64,000 nt of DNA from Vicinamibacterales bacterium (GTDB taxonomy: Bacteria > Acidobacteriota > Vicinamibacteria > Vicinamibacterales > UBA8438), in NCBI GenBank assembly GCA_965215105.1, contig OZ244051.1, forward strand, positions 3,074,896-3,138,895. Direction: 5' to 3'. Made by a program: the position numbers and the translations under genes. Every line of letters begins with the position of its first letter. Within the stretch, counting starts at the first letter, position 1. The notes under the pieces are model-generated. The model searched no databases. It had not been told where the DNA came from and saw nothing but the letters and a program-made list of their open reading frames with translations. Below are positions 17,841-27,257 of the stretch, in pieces.

Positions 17841-20800
17841 GTGACAACCTTCGCCGCTGGCGCGCGCCGCTTGCCGCTCCACCACGTCACCATCCGCGTC
17901 CCCTGGCACGACGGGGGCTGGACCGGGAAGGTGTGCGCCCGACCGCTGGACAACTCGAGCTGCCTGATCCTGCCCCGCATCGGCGAGGGCCGGCGCGACG
18001 ACGTGGAGACGCGTTGCGCGGGCCGGCGGCTCGACGAGCTCGACCGCGCCGACCTGCCACCCTGCGTGAGCGAGCGCGTCTCGTTCATGGCGCCCTTCGC
18101 GTTCCCGCGGACGATGACGCACCCTTACACGGAGTTCTACCCCGAGACCTACGGGCACTTCGCACCCACCCCCTTCGTGCAGCCGGCGTACTCCGCTGCC
18201 TGCGTGCCCTTCCGATGGGTGCTGCGCGAGAAGGTCGAGGGGAGCCCCAAGGACGACGAGATCGGGATCGCCGATCGTCTGAAGATCGGCTGGTTGCCCG
18301 AGCGCGAGCCCGAGATCCACAATCACCGGGGCCATCAGGTCGATACCGCCTGGGTCCAGGAGCGCGGGAACCAGCTCGCGCTGCTCGACACCTTCTTCGG
18401 CGCGCTCCGACCCCAGGAGTCGCTCTGCTTCTTCTATGCCAAGCGCACCCCGCTCTCCGAACAGTCCCGACGCGTGATCGTCGGCGTGGGCCGCGTGCTT
18501 TCCGTGGGCGACGCCACGGAGTACGCATACAAGGTCGAGAACCCGCCGCTCCAATGCGTGCTCTGGGAGCGCAACGTTGGCCACTCCGTCCGACCCGGCT
18601 TCGCGGACGGCTTCCTCTTCCCCTACCGGGAGGCGTTGGAGCTCGCCGACCGCGAGAGGGTCGACCCCGAAGAGTTCGTGGCCTTCGCTCCCGACGAGCA
18701 CTTCGACGCCTACTCCTACGGCTCGGAGCTCCTGACCCACGATGGCGCCGTGGCGTCCCTCGTGGCCTGCGCGGCGGCGCTGCACCGGATCCGCGACCGG
18801 ATAGAGGGACCGTGGGACGAGGCGCTCGCCTGGATCGACACGCAGCTCAACCGCCTGTGGAAGGCGCGCGGCGCGTTCCCCGGCCTCGGCTCGGCGCTCT
18901 CCGCGTTCGGCTACGAGTGGGGCTTCCAGCACGGGAGCCTGCTCGCCTACGAGATCGAACTGCTGCGAGAACGAGACGGCGGCGACCCGTGGGTGCTCGT
19001 GGAAGCCGTGATGGATGCACCCGGGAAGCTCGGCGGCCCCGTGGCGAAGCTCCTCACCGACGGTCTGTGCAGGGGCTGGAAGCGCCTCGCCGACGAGCGG
19101 CGGGCCCTGCTCCAGCTCCTCGGCCGTTGCGCCGTCTCGGAGGATCAGGCGCTGCGCTTCTACGACACTACGGCACGGGCGGAGGCCGGCATCGAGGCCT
19201 GCGACGCCGAGTTGCTGCGCAATCCGTACCTCATATTCGAACGCGACCGGCGCGCCGCCGACCCCATCGCCTTCGGCGCGGTGGACCGGGGCCTGTTCCC
19301 GGATGAGGCGGTGCGGGAGCAGTTCCCCGTGCCGAAGCCGAGTTTCATCGAAGACCCGGCCGACGAACGGCGGGTGCGCGCACGCGTCGTGGACCTCCTG
19401 GAACACGCGGCGGGCGAAGGCCACACGCTGCTTCCCAGGAGCTGGGTCATCCGCAGGGCGCGGGAGCACGCGCTCCAGCCGCCGTGCCCGCTCGGCGAGA
19501 ACGTGCTCGACGCCTGCGAGGAGAGCTTCGATCCGGTGATCGCGCGCGTCGCGACGCGCGCGGGCGAGCCCGCCTACCAGGTGGCGCGGCTCGTAGAGTG
19601 CCGCAAGATCATCCGCCGCGAGGTGCTCGGTCGGAAGAGGGGAAAGCCGCACGCGGCCGATCACGAGTGGCGTGGGCTGGTAGACGCGGGGCTCGATGAG
19701 CCGCTGCCCGCGTATCCCGAAGAGCGCGAGCTGGAGAAGCGTGCGCGGCGCGAGAAAGCTACCGCGCTCGAGCAGCTCTTCCGCTCGCGGCTCTCCGTGC
19801 TGATCGGGCCGGCGGGGACGGGCAAGACGACGCTGCTACGGATGCTCTGCTCGCTTCCCGGCCTCGCCGAGAGAGGGCTGATACTCCTCGCCCCCACGGG
19901 CAAGGCCCGCGTGCGACTGGAAGAACAGACCCGCATGCGAGGCGCCGGCCAGACGCTGGCGCAGTTTCTGATCCGGCGGCAGCGCTACGACGGGAAGACC
20001 GGCGCCTACTTTCCCAAGCCCAGGGCGCCTCGCTGCGGTGACTACCGGACCGTGATCGTGGACGAGTGCTCGATGCTCACCGAAGAGCAGCTCGCCGCGC
20101 TGATCGACTCGCTCAGCAACGTCGAGCGGCTCGTGCTCGTCGGCGATCCGCGCCAGCTTCCGCCGATCGGGGCCGGCCGTCCGTTCGTGGACATCGTTCG
20201 AGGGCTCGAGCCGGAGAACGTCGAGTTGGTCTTTCCGCGCTGCGGGCCGGGCTATGCCGAGCTCACGATCTCGCGACGCCACCAGGGCGAGGCCCGGGCC
20301 GACGTGCTCCTGGCATCGCACTTCAGTGGACGGCCGCTCGATCCTGCCGCAGACGCCGTGCTGGACGAGGGCGAGGAAAGAACGGACGGACGACTGCGGC
20401 TCGTGCGCTGGAACCACCCGGAGGAGCTTCAGGAGAAGCTCGTTGCCGAGCTGGTCCAGACCCTCGGGCTCGCCGGACCGGACGACGAACTGGGCTTCGA
20501 GGAATCGCTGGGCGGCGCGCGCCGCGGGGACAACCCGTGGGCCTTCTTCTTCAACCGGTTCGGCGACAACTCGGGAGCCGCCGCGCAGGCGGAAACCTGG
20601 CAGATGCTCTCGCCCCGGCGCGCCGGGCTCGTTGGGGTGGATGCACTGAACCGCACCCTCCAGACCCGGTTCCGGGTGAAGGTTCGCGAGCTCGCCGAGA
20701 CGGAGGGGTGGGGCCGCAAGGTGCCGCGGCCCTTCGGCCCGCAGACGCTCCTCTACGGCGACAAGGTCATCAACGTCATCAACCAGCGCCGGCGCGACGT

Positions 20801-21662
20801 CTGGCCGAAGCCGGCGGACGAGGCCTACCTCGCCAACGGAGACATCGGCATCGTCGTCGGGCAATACAAGTACCAGAAGAGCAAGTTCAGGGGCCTGCCG
20901 CGGAAGCTCGAGGTCGAGTTCGCGGGGCAACTGGGCCCCAAGTACGGGTTCCACCCCGGCGAGTTCGGAGACGAAGGGCGCAACCCGCTCGAGCGGGCCT
21001 ACTGCCTGACGGTGCACAAGACCCAGGGCAGCGAGTTCGGCGTCACCTTCGTCGTGCTCACCAACCCGTGCTGGCTGCTCTCACGCGAGCTCCTGTACAC
21101 GGCGCTGACCCGCCACAAGGACCGGCTGGTCATCCTGCACGAGGGCCCGCTCGTCGAGTATCGCCGCTATGCGGGCAACCAGCACTCGGAGATCGCCCGC
21201 CGCATGACGAACCTCTTTGCGGATCCGTTGCCGCGCGAAGTAGCCGTCGACGCCCGGCAACGCTTCCTCGAGGCAGGGCTCATTCATCGAACCGAGCGCG
21301 GTGACCTCGTGCGCTCGAAGTCGGAGCTGGTCATTGCCGACAAGCTTCACGCCCGCGGGATCGAGTACGCCTACGAGCAGCCTCTCGTCCTGCCCAACGG
21401 TCGCACGCGTTACCCGGACTTCACGATCGCGGATCACGCGCGGGGCGTGACCTTCCACTGGGAGCATCTCGGCATGGTCGACGACCCGGGGTACAGAGCC
21501 CGATGGGAGAGGAAGCGTGCCGAGTACCTGGAGTGCGGAATCGAGCCTCACGAGAACGGCGGGGGCCCGGACGGCACGCTGATCGAGACCCGCGACGAGC
21601 CGGGCGGGGGGCTGGACGCAGCGGCGATCGCGTCGGTGATTGACGAAGTGATTCTGGGTTGA
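17841..21662 (+). CDS. SF1 (RecD/AAA_30-like) helicase with a large unassigned N-terminal region and a C-terminal PD-(D/E)xK (Vsr/DUF559-like) nuclease motif
   Basis: GPAGTGKTT, VIVDECSM, VLVGDPRQLPPIGAG, TVHKTQGSEF and LYTALTRHKDRLVIL are helicase motifs. The C-terminus reads RSKSELVIADKLHARGIEYAYEQPL...YPDFTI...FHWEHLG. GGGAGG lies 6 nt before the GTG at 17841. Confidence 0.8.
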   Translation: MTTFAAGARRLPLHHVTIRVPWHDGGWTGKVCARPLDNSSCLILPRIGEGRRDDVETRCAGRRLDELDRADLPPCVSERVSFMAPFAFPRTMTHPYTEFYPETYGHFAPTPFVQPAYSAACVPFRWVLREKVEGSPKDDEIGIADRLKIGWLPEREPEIHNHRGHQVDTAWVQERGNQLALLDTFFGALRPQESLCFFYAKRTPLSEQSRRVIVGVGRVLSVGDATEYAYKVENPPLQCVLWERNVGHSVRPGFADGFLFPYREALELADRERVDPEEFVAFAPDEHFDAYSYGSELLTHDGAVASLVACAAALHRIRDRIEGPWDEALAWIDTQLNRLWKARGAFPGLGSALSAFGYEWGFQHGSLLAYEIELLRERDGGDPWVLVEAVMDAPGKLGGPVAKLLTDGLCRGWKRLADERRALLQLLGRCAVSEDQALRFYDTTARAEAGIEACDAELLRNPYLIFERDRRAADPIAFGAVDRGLFPDEAVREQFPVPKPSFIEDPADERRVRARVVDLLEHAAGEGHTLLPRSWVIRRAREHALQPPCPLGENVLDACEESFDPVIARVATRAGEPAYQVARLVECRKIIRREVLGRKRGKPHAADHEWRGLVDAGLDEPLPAYPEERELEKRARREKATALEQLFRSRLSVLIGPAGTGKTTLLRMLCSLPGLAERGLILLAPTGKARVRLEEQTRMRGAGQTLAQFLIRRQRYDGKTGAYFPKPRAPRCGDYRTVIVDECSMLTEEQLAALIDSLSNVERLVLVGDPRQLPPIGAGRPFVDIVRGLEPENVELVFPRCGPGYAELTISRRHQGEARADVLLASHFSGRPLDPAADAVLDEGEERTDGRLRLVRWNHPEELQEKLVAELVQTLGLAGPDDELGFEESLGGARRGDNPWAFFFNRFGDNSGAAAQAETWQMLSPRRAGLVGVDALNRTLQTRFRVKVRELAETEGWGRKVPRPFGPQTLLYGDKVINVINQRRRDVWPKPADEAYLANGDIGIVVGQYKYQKSKFRGLPRKLEVEFAGQLGPKYGFHPGEFGDEGRNPLERAYCLTVHKTQGSEFGVTFVVLTNPCWLLSRELLYTALTRHKDRLVILHEGPLVEYRRYAGNQHSEIARRMTNLFADPLPREVAVDARQRFLEAGLIHRTERGDLVRSKSELVIADKLHARGIEYAYEQPLVLPNGRTRYPDFTIADHARGVTFHWEHLGMVDDPGYRARWERKRAEYLECGIEPHENGGGPDGTLIETRDEPGGGLDAAAIASVIDEVILG

Positions 21663-21791
21663 CGCTCCTGCGAACTTCGACGGCGACTCCCAAACGCGGC
21701 CAACTGTGAGGGGCAGTGGACCGATCGGGTGTCGAAGAGCCGAGTCGAGGCGCCGGAGCGATTGACGCGGCGCGAAGTACGGAGGGCACGC

Positions 21792-22052
21792 ATGCGAGAG
21801 CGAAGCATCGGGATTCAGGAACTCCACGCGAACCTGGGTAGGTGCCTGGATGAGGTCCGGCGCGGCACGACTCTTTTCCTGACGGATGGCAAGCATCGGG
21901 TGGCTCGCCTCATCCCGGAGCCCGACGCGGCCGTCTCGGGGGGCGGACTTCCCATCGCCTGGAGCGGGCGCCGGCTGAAGAAGACCAAGCCGAGGGCCCG
22001 CCTGCGCGGTGGGGGCAGCATGGCCGACATCGTCAGGGAGAACCGCCGGTGA
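21792..22052 (+). CDS. Phd/YefM-type antitoxin
   Basis: MRERSIGIQELHANLGRCLDEVRRGTTLFLTDGKHRVARLIP. GGAGGG RBS is present. A 4-nt GTGA overlap joins it to the PIN gene. Confidence 0.75.
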   Translation: MRERSIGIQELHANLGRCLDEVRRGTTLFLTDGKHRVARLIPEPDAAVSGGGLPIAWSGRRLKKTKPRARLRGGGSMADIVRENRR

Positions 22053-22489
22053 CGCTGCTCTACCTGGACACGAGCGCGCTGTTCAAGCGCTACGTCGAGG
22101 AGGCCGAGTCGGAGGCGCTGCTCGGCCGGATCGAAGACGCCCCGGCGGTGGGCACGGCCTTGATCACGCGGGTCGAGGTGGCGGCCGCGCTGGCGAAGGC
22201 GGTGCGTGATGATCGCATGCCGTCCTCGGAAGCGCGCGAGGCCGAGAGCGATTTCCTCGACGACTGGGCCGACTTCACGAGAATCGGATTGACGGACGAT
22301 GTGGCGGCGCGCGCTGGCCGCCTCGCGTGGAAGCACGACCTGCGAGGCTACGACGCCGCGCAGTTGGCGGCCGCGCTCGCATGGCGCGAGGCCACCGAAG
22401 ACGCGGAGGACCAGGTCGTGTTCGCCTGCTTCGACAACGATCTGCGCCGGGCGGCTGCGGCGGAGGGCCTCGAGACGTGGCCGGCATGA
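22049..22489 (+). CDS. vapC: PIN-domain ribonuclease toxin VapC
   Basis: LLYLDTSALFKRYVEE carries the N-terminal acidic residue. RGYDAAQLAAAL and VFACFDNDL are typical PIN motifs. Confidence 0.8.
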   Translation: MTLLYLDTSALFKRYVEEAESEALLGRIEDAPAVGTALITRVEVAAALAKAVRDDRMPSSEAREAESDFLDDWADFTRIGLTDDVAARAGRLAWKHDLRGYDAAQLAAALAWREATEDAEDQVVFACFDNDLRRAAAAEGLETWPA

Positions 22490-22639
22490 TCGCTGCCGAT
22501 GTGTGGTGCCGGGCGGTTACATGCTGTTGTTGCCGCCCCGCGCGGCGGGACGTATCCCGCTGTCTGGACCGCGCCGCTCGCTGCTCGATGCCTGCCGTCG
22601 TGGATGTGGCCGTCGTCCGCGGTATCCGCTTGGCCGACC

Positions 22640-23689
22640 TCAGAACGTGGCGATCGGGTTGATCGGCGACCCGGTGCCGCGCGTGGGCAGCGGGGCCGCA
22701 GTCAGCAGGAACTCGTACCGGTTCAGCGAGGCGGCCACCTCGCCCACGGCCTCGAGGTCCAGATTGTCGAACAGCGGCATCCCCAGGTAGATGAGCGCGA
22801 ACCGGTGGAGCGGGCGGGGACCGAGGTCGTCCGCCACCGTCACGGCCGGGTCGGCGTCGGCCGGCGCCATGTCCTGGGCGGCCTCGCCCCCCAGTATCGC
22901 GATGTCCCGCTCCCTGAGCCACGGAATGGCCGACGCGTGCAGGCCGGCTGCCGCGTTGGCCACGTCCCAGGGACCGACCTCGGCGCGCCGGGCCCAGCGG
23001 CCGGTGCGGATGACCACCACGTCGCCGGCGGAGACGGTCACCGCCGTCGCCGCCTCCCAGGCCTCGATGTCCTCGACGCGGATCGGCGTGCCGGGCTCCA
23101 GGTAGGGCACGTTCCGGAACCGCGCCATGTCGATCAGCACGCCTCGCGTGACGATGCCCGACTTGGCGTTGTGCACGGTGTTCCTGGCGTGGCCGCCCCG
23201 CGCCGCGACCTCGGCGGGATCCGGCCGGTAACCGTTGTAGGTCACGCCCTCGCCGATGAAGTTGTGGTTCAGGAAGTCGCGGTGCGTGTGGATGAACCCG
23301 TGGTACGAGACCCGGATCTCGTCGGCGGTGATCCCGAGCGGCGTGACCTGGTACGGCCGCGGGCCGTCGATGGCCGCCTCGGTCTCGGCGTCGCGCGCGA
23401 GCGAGACGGAGATGCCCTCCCGCACGAGGGCGGCGGCCTGCCTGCGCTTGGCCGGCGTGATGAGGTTCAGGGTGCCCCTCTCGTCCTCGGCGCCCCACCG
23501 GCCCCAGTTCGTCAGCTCCTGCTTCCACCGCTCGACGTCCGCCAGCGTGACCCGCTGTCCGCCGGCGGCCGGTGCCGAGCCCGGCTGGAAGCCCGGGGAG
23601 CGGGCGGTCTGCCCGAGCAACGGCACCGCCACGACACCCGCCAGCGCGACCAACACAGCCAGACTCGATCGTCTCTTGGTTGTTCCCAT
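22640..23689 (-). CDS. Cyclase-family protein (kynurenine formamidase-like), secreted
   Basis: MGTTKRRSSLAVLVALAGVVAVPLLG signal peptide preceded by GGGAGGGACC. GTLNLITP and HGFIHTHRDFLNH are cyclase-like motifs. Confidence 0.7.
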   Translation of the reverse strand: MGTTKRRSSLAVLVALAGVVAVPLLGQTARSPGFQPGSAPAAGGQRVTLADVERWKQELTNWGRWGAEDERGTLNLITPAKRRQAAALVREGISVSLARDAETEAAIDGPRPYQVTPLGITADEIRVSYHGFIHTHRDFLNHNFIGEGVTYNGYRPDPAEVAARGGHARNTVHNAKSGIVTRGVLIDMARFRNVPYLEPGTPIRVEDIEAWEAATAVTVSAGDVVVIRTGRWARRAEVGPWDVANAAAGLHASAIPWLRERDIAILGGEAAQDMAPADADPAVTVADDLGPRPLHRFALIYLGMPLFDNLDLEAVGEVAASLNRYEFLLTAAPLPTRGTGSPINPIATF

Positions 23690-23882
23690 TGGTCCCTCCC
23701 TGGTGCCGCCCCGTGGTCGATCGCGGCTCCGCGACCCGGAGCCCGAGACGTCCTCCACCGATCGGATCAGACCATTGAACGGTTCCCGGTCCCGCGCTCC
23801 TCACTCCGCGAGGCGCCGTCCCGATGATAGCCCGTCCGACAGTTTGCTCTGCGCGTCGGCGGCGTCGAGCGGCGCCGCGCGA

Positions 23883-24605
23883 GCCCTGCCGCCGGTGCTG
23901 CCCGTCGTCCTCTACAACGGCCGGCGGCGGTGGACGGCGCCGGTCGAGGTGACGAGCCTGCTGGCGGCGGGGAGCGAAGTGCTGGGGCCGTACCAGCCGT
24001 CGCAGCGATACTATGTCCTGGACGTGGCGCGCGCGGCGGACGCGGACCTGCCCGCCGGCAACTTGGTGTCTGCGCTCATCGGTCTGGAGAAGACGCGCGA
24101 CGCGGCGGGCCTGCGCGAGGCGCTGAAGGTGCTGTCCGACCTTCTGCGGAACAGAAGGACGACGCGTTGACGCAGGCGTTCGTGACGTGGCTGCACCGGG
24201 GGCTGCGGCATGCGGGCCGGCTGCCGGCGGACGGGGAGGACCCGTTGGCGCAGTTGCGGGGGGACGCAGACGATGCTGGAAGACGCCGTGCGGGAATGGA
24301 CGCGTGAATTGCTCGAGCAGGGGCGCGCCGAAGGCATCGAGAAGGGGCGCGCCGAAGGCATGGAAGAGGGCATCGAGAAGGGGCGCGTCCAGGGCATCGA
24401 GCAGGTCCGGCACGAAGAGCGGGCGCTGCTCTGCCGTCTGGCGGCCCGGAAATTCGATGCCGGGGCCGCCGAGGGGCTGGCCGCCGCCCTGGCCGGCGTC
24501 ACCGACCCGGACCGCCTTGCGCGCGTCGGCGACTGGATCATCGAGTGCGCGACGGCGGCCGACCTGCTGGCCCGCGTCCGCGGCGACAGCGGGCCGGGCG
24601 TCTGA
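23883..24605 (+). pseudogene. Rpn/YhgA-like nuclease, copy 3; 5'-truncated with two indels
   Basis: Homology to copy 2 begins abruptly at ALPPVLPVVLYNGRRRW. There is a 1-bp loss in ggaaacag at about 24151 and a 1-bp gain in ttgcgggggg at about 24258. The C-terminal part is in the ORF 24210-24605. Confidence 0.8.
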
Positions 24606-24728
24606 GGGACCAGCGCGCCAGGCGCCTCCCGCGCGTGGGCGCGGCCTGCTCGCCGCCGTCCTCACTGCGGACCGAGAGCACGAATCCCGGCTGGAAGGCG
24701 CCAACGGGAACGGGCGAGGATCGAGACC

Positions 24729-25616
24729 ATGCTCACGCTGCTGCCGGACGAGAGAACGTGGCTCGAGCGATACCGGGAAGCGATCAGGCGGGAATGCCCG
24801 GGCGCGGTGCGGGATCTCCTGGTCTACGGTTCGAAGGCACGGGGGGACGCTCACGAGGACAGCGACATCGACATGCTCGTGATCGTGAAGAAGGGCCACG
24901 AGCACGTGACGAACCGGCTGAACGACATCGCGGACGACCTCGCGGTGACGGCGAACGCCGCACCGTCCGCGATCGCACTGACCGAAGACGAGTGGGGGCG
25001 CATGAAGGAGCTGAGACTGCCGTTCCAGCGGAATGTGGAACGGGACGCGGTCTCGGTGTTCTCCGGCCCGATCGAGGAGAGAGGACGGACACGGAGAACG
25101 CACGGCGAGCCGAGCCGGCGGCGGACGGGGTCACCGGCGACGCGAAGCGGAGGGCAGGCCGGCGAGGAGCGCCCGATGAACAAGGAAGCGGTGCTGGCCG
25201 AATGGGGAAGCGCGGCGGATGCGCTGATCGATACGAGGGTGATGAGGGAGCAGGGGCGCGTCAAGGGCACGATCTCTCGGGCCTACTACGCCATCCTGCA
25301 CGCGGCCAGGGCCGCACTGCTCGTCCACGACGTGAGCATGTCGAGCCACGAAGCGGTACGGAAGAAGTTCGGCGAGCACGTCGTGAAGAGAGGCGGGATC
25401 GAAAGGGAATGGGGCAGGATGCTGCACCCCAGCGCCAGGCAGCGGCAACTGGCGGACTACGGAACCTCGACGACGATCAGGTTCACCGAGCAGGACGCCG
25501 ACTCGGCGGCGGACAACGCGGAGAAGTTCGTGCAGCGCACGCGGGGCTATCTGCTGGCGGCGGGGTTGACCGAACGAGAGCTCGATAGCGTCGTCGACGA
25601 ATCGCTTCCGAGCTGA
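24729..25616 (+). CDS. MNT nucleotidyltransferase and HEPN domain in one open frame (type VII TA-like)
   Basis: The N-terminus YGSKARGDAHEDSDIDMLV is an MNT motif. The C-terminal helical part (ISRAYYAILHAARAALL...RQRQLADYG) is HEPN-like. No stop codon lies between them. An internal ATG at 25176 with GAGGAG upstream could also start HEPN separately. Confidence 0.65.
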   Translation: MLTLLPDERTWLERYREAIRRECPGAVRDLLVYGSKARGDAHEDSDIDMLVIVKKGHEHVTNRLNDIADDLAVTANAAPSAIALTEDEWGRMKELRLPFQRNVERDAVSVFSGPIEERGRTRRTHGEPSRRRTGSPATRSGGQAGEERPMNKEAVLAEWGSAADALIDTRVMREQGRVKGTISRAYYAILHAARAALLVHDVSMSSHEAVRKKFGEHVVKRGGIEREWGRMLHPSARQRQLADYGTSTTIRFTEQDADSAADNAEKFVQRTRGYLLAAGLTERELDSVVDESLPS

Positions 25617-25811
25617 CGCCAGGCGATATCGGGACTCTCGCCGGCCCGCCGAACGAGAGCCGGCGCGCTCCCGCCGCCGCAGCCTGTCCAGATCGAGATG
25701 GCGGCTTGCGGGTGTCGCCGCACCACCCATTGCGGATTGCCGTGCAGGCTCCTAGCTAGAATGGACTTCCGACCCCGGTCGGAAACCGCGTTCGCACCGA
25801 GGAGGCCCCGG

Positions 25812-27257
25812 ATGACGACGACGCGAAACCGGCGGCGGACGTTCCCCTGGCAGATCGTGCTCACCACGGCGGTCGCGGCCCTCGCCGCGCTGCCGGCCCC
25901 GGCGGCCGCGCAGGCCGCGGCCACCGACGAGGTCACGTTCACGCGCGACATCGCCCCCATCCTCCAGCGGAGCTGTCAGAAGTGCCATCAGCCGAACTCG
26001 CTGGCGCCGATGTCGCTCATCGACTACGAGGAGGTGCGGCCCTGGGCCCGCGCCATCAAGCTGCGCACGGGGCTGCGCGACAAGCCGGGGGTGATGCCCC
26101 CGTGGTACATCGAGAAGAACATCGGCATCCAGCGGTTCAAGGACGACCCGTCGCTGAGCGACGAGGAGGTCGCCCTGATCGCGCGGTGGGCCGACAACGG
26201 CGCCCCGCGGGGGAATCCCGCCGACCTGCCCCCGCCGGTGCCGTTCATCGACGTCGACCAGTGGGAGATCGGGCAGCCCGACCTGATCGTGTCGTCGCCG
26301 AGCTTCGAGGTGGCGGGTGACGCGCCCGACTGGTGGGGCTCGATCGGCGAGGTGCCGACGGGGCTGACCGAGGACCGCTACGTCGCCGCGATGGAGTACA
26401 AGGAGGTCACCGAGTCGAGCGTGGGCGAGACCCGCAACACGGTGGGCGGCCTCTTCGTGGTGCACCACGCCACCCTCGGCGTCACCGACCCCAACCCCGA
26501 CGAGAACGAGGACGATCCGCTGGCCGCGCAGCGCCGCTGGCCGACCCACGAGGTGGGGCGCAACGCCGACGTCTTCGACCCCGAGGCGGGCAAGATCATG
26601 AAGGCGGGGTCGAGTCTGCAGTTCAACTCGATGCACCTGCACGCGAACGGGGCGGACACGCGGGCCCACCTCGACGTCGGCTTCAAGTTCCATCCCCGCG
26701 GCTACGAGCCGACCCGGAAGTGGGTGCGGATGTCGTTCGGCAACGGCGTCGACCTCGACATCGAGGCGATGGACCCCGACCAGCAGATGGAGGCGTACTT
26801 CACCCTGCCGGAGAACACGCTGATCACCATCTTCGAGCCCCACATGCACGCGCCGGGCGTGCGGATGTGCCTCGACGCCATCTGGGGGCACCACGTCCAG
26901 ACGCTGAATTGCGCCGGCTACGACCACAGTTGGGTGCGGGTCTACAACTACGCGGACGACGCGGCGCCGCTGCTGCCGAAGGGCACCATCCTCCGGATGA
27001 CCGGCTACTTCAACAACTCGCCGTCGAACCCCAACGTGCCCGATCCGCGCAACTGGTCGGGCGGCGGACACCGCTCGGTCGACCAGATGTTCATCAACCT
27101 GATGCGCGGGGTCTACCTGACCGACGAGGAGTTCGCGGCGGAAACGGCGAAGCGGCGCGAGGTCCTCGGGCTCGCCGACGGCGAGGTGGTCCTCGGCTGT
27201 CCGCTCTGCGGAACGCTGAAGCTGGCGCCGGCCGACAACGCCGGAGGCGGACAGTGA
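25812..27257 (+). CDS. Secreted cytochrome c-domain (CxxCH) protein with a possible copper monooxygenase-like C-terminal region
   Basis: Signal peptide, then FTRDIAPILQRSCQKCH. Later H-x-H motifs are MHLHANG and EPHMHAPGVRMC. The functional assignment is tentative. Confidence 0.6.
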   Translation: MTTTRNRRRTFPWQIVLTTAVAALAALPAPAAAQAAATDEVTFTRDIAPILQRSCQKCHQPNSLAPMSLIDYEEVRPWARAIKLRTGLRDKPGVMPPWYIEKNIGIQRFKDDPSLSDEEVALIARWADNGAPRGNPADLPPPVPFIDVDQWEIGQPDLIVSSPSFEVAGDAPDWWGSIGEVPTGLTEDRYVAAMEYKEVTESSVGETRNTVGGLFVVHHATLGVTDPNPDENEDDPLAAQRRWPTHEVGRNADVFDPEAGKIMKAGSSLQFNSMHLHANGADTRAHLDVGFKFHPRGYEPTRKWVRMSFGNGVDLDIEAMDPDQQMEAYFTLPENTLITIFEPHMHAPGVRMCLDAIWGHHVQTLNCAGYDHSWVRVYNYADDAAPLLPKGTILRMTGYFNNSPSNPNVPDPRNWSGGGHRSVDQMFINLMRGVYLTDEEFAAETAKRREVLGLADGEVVLGCPLCGTLKLAPADNAGGGQ

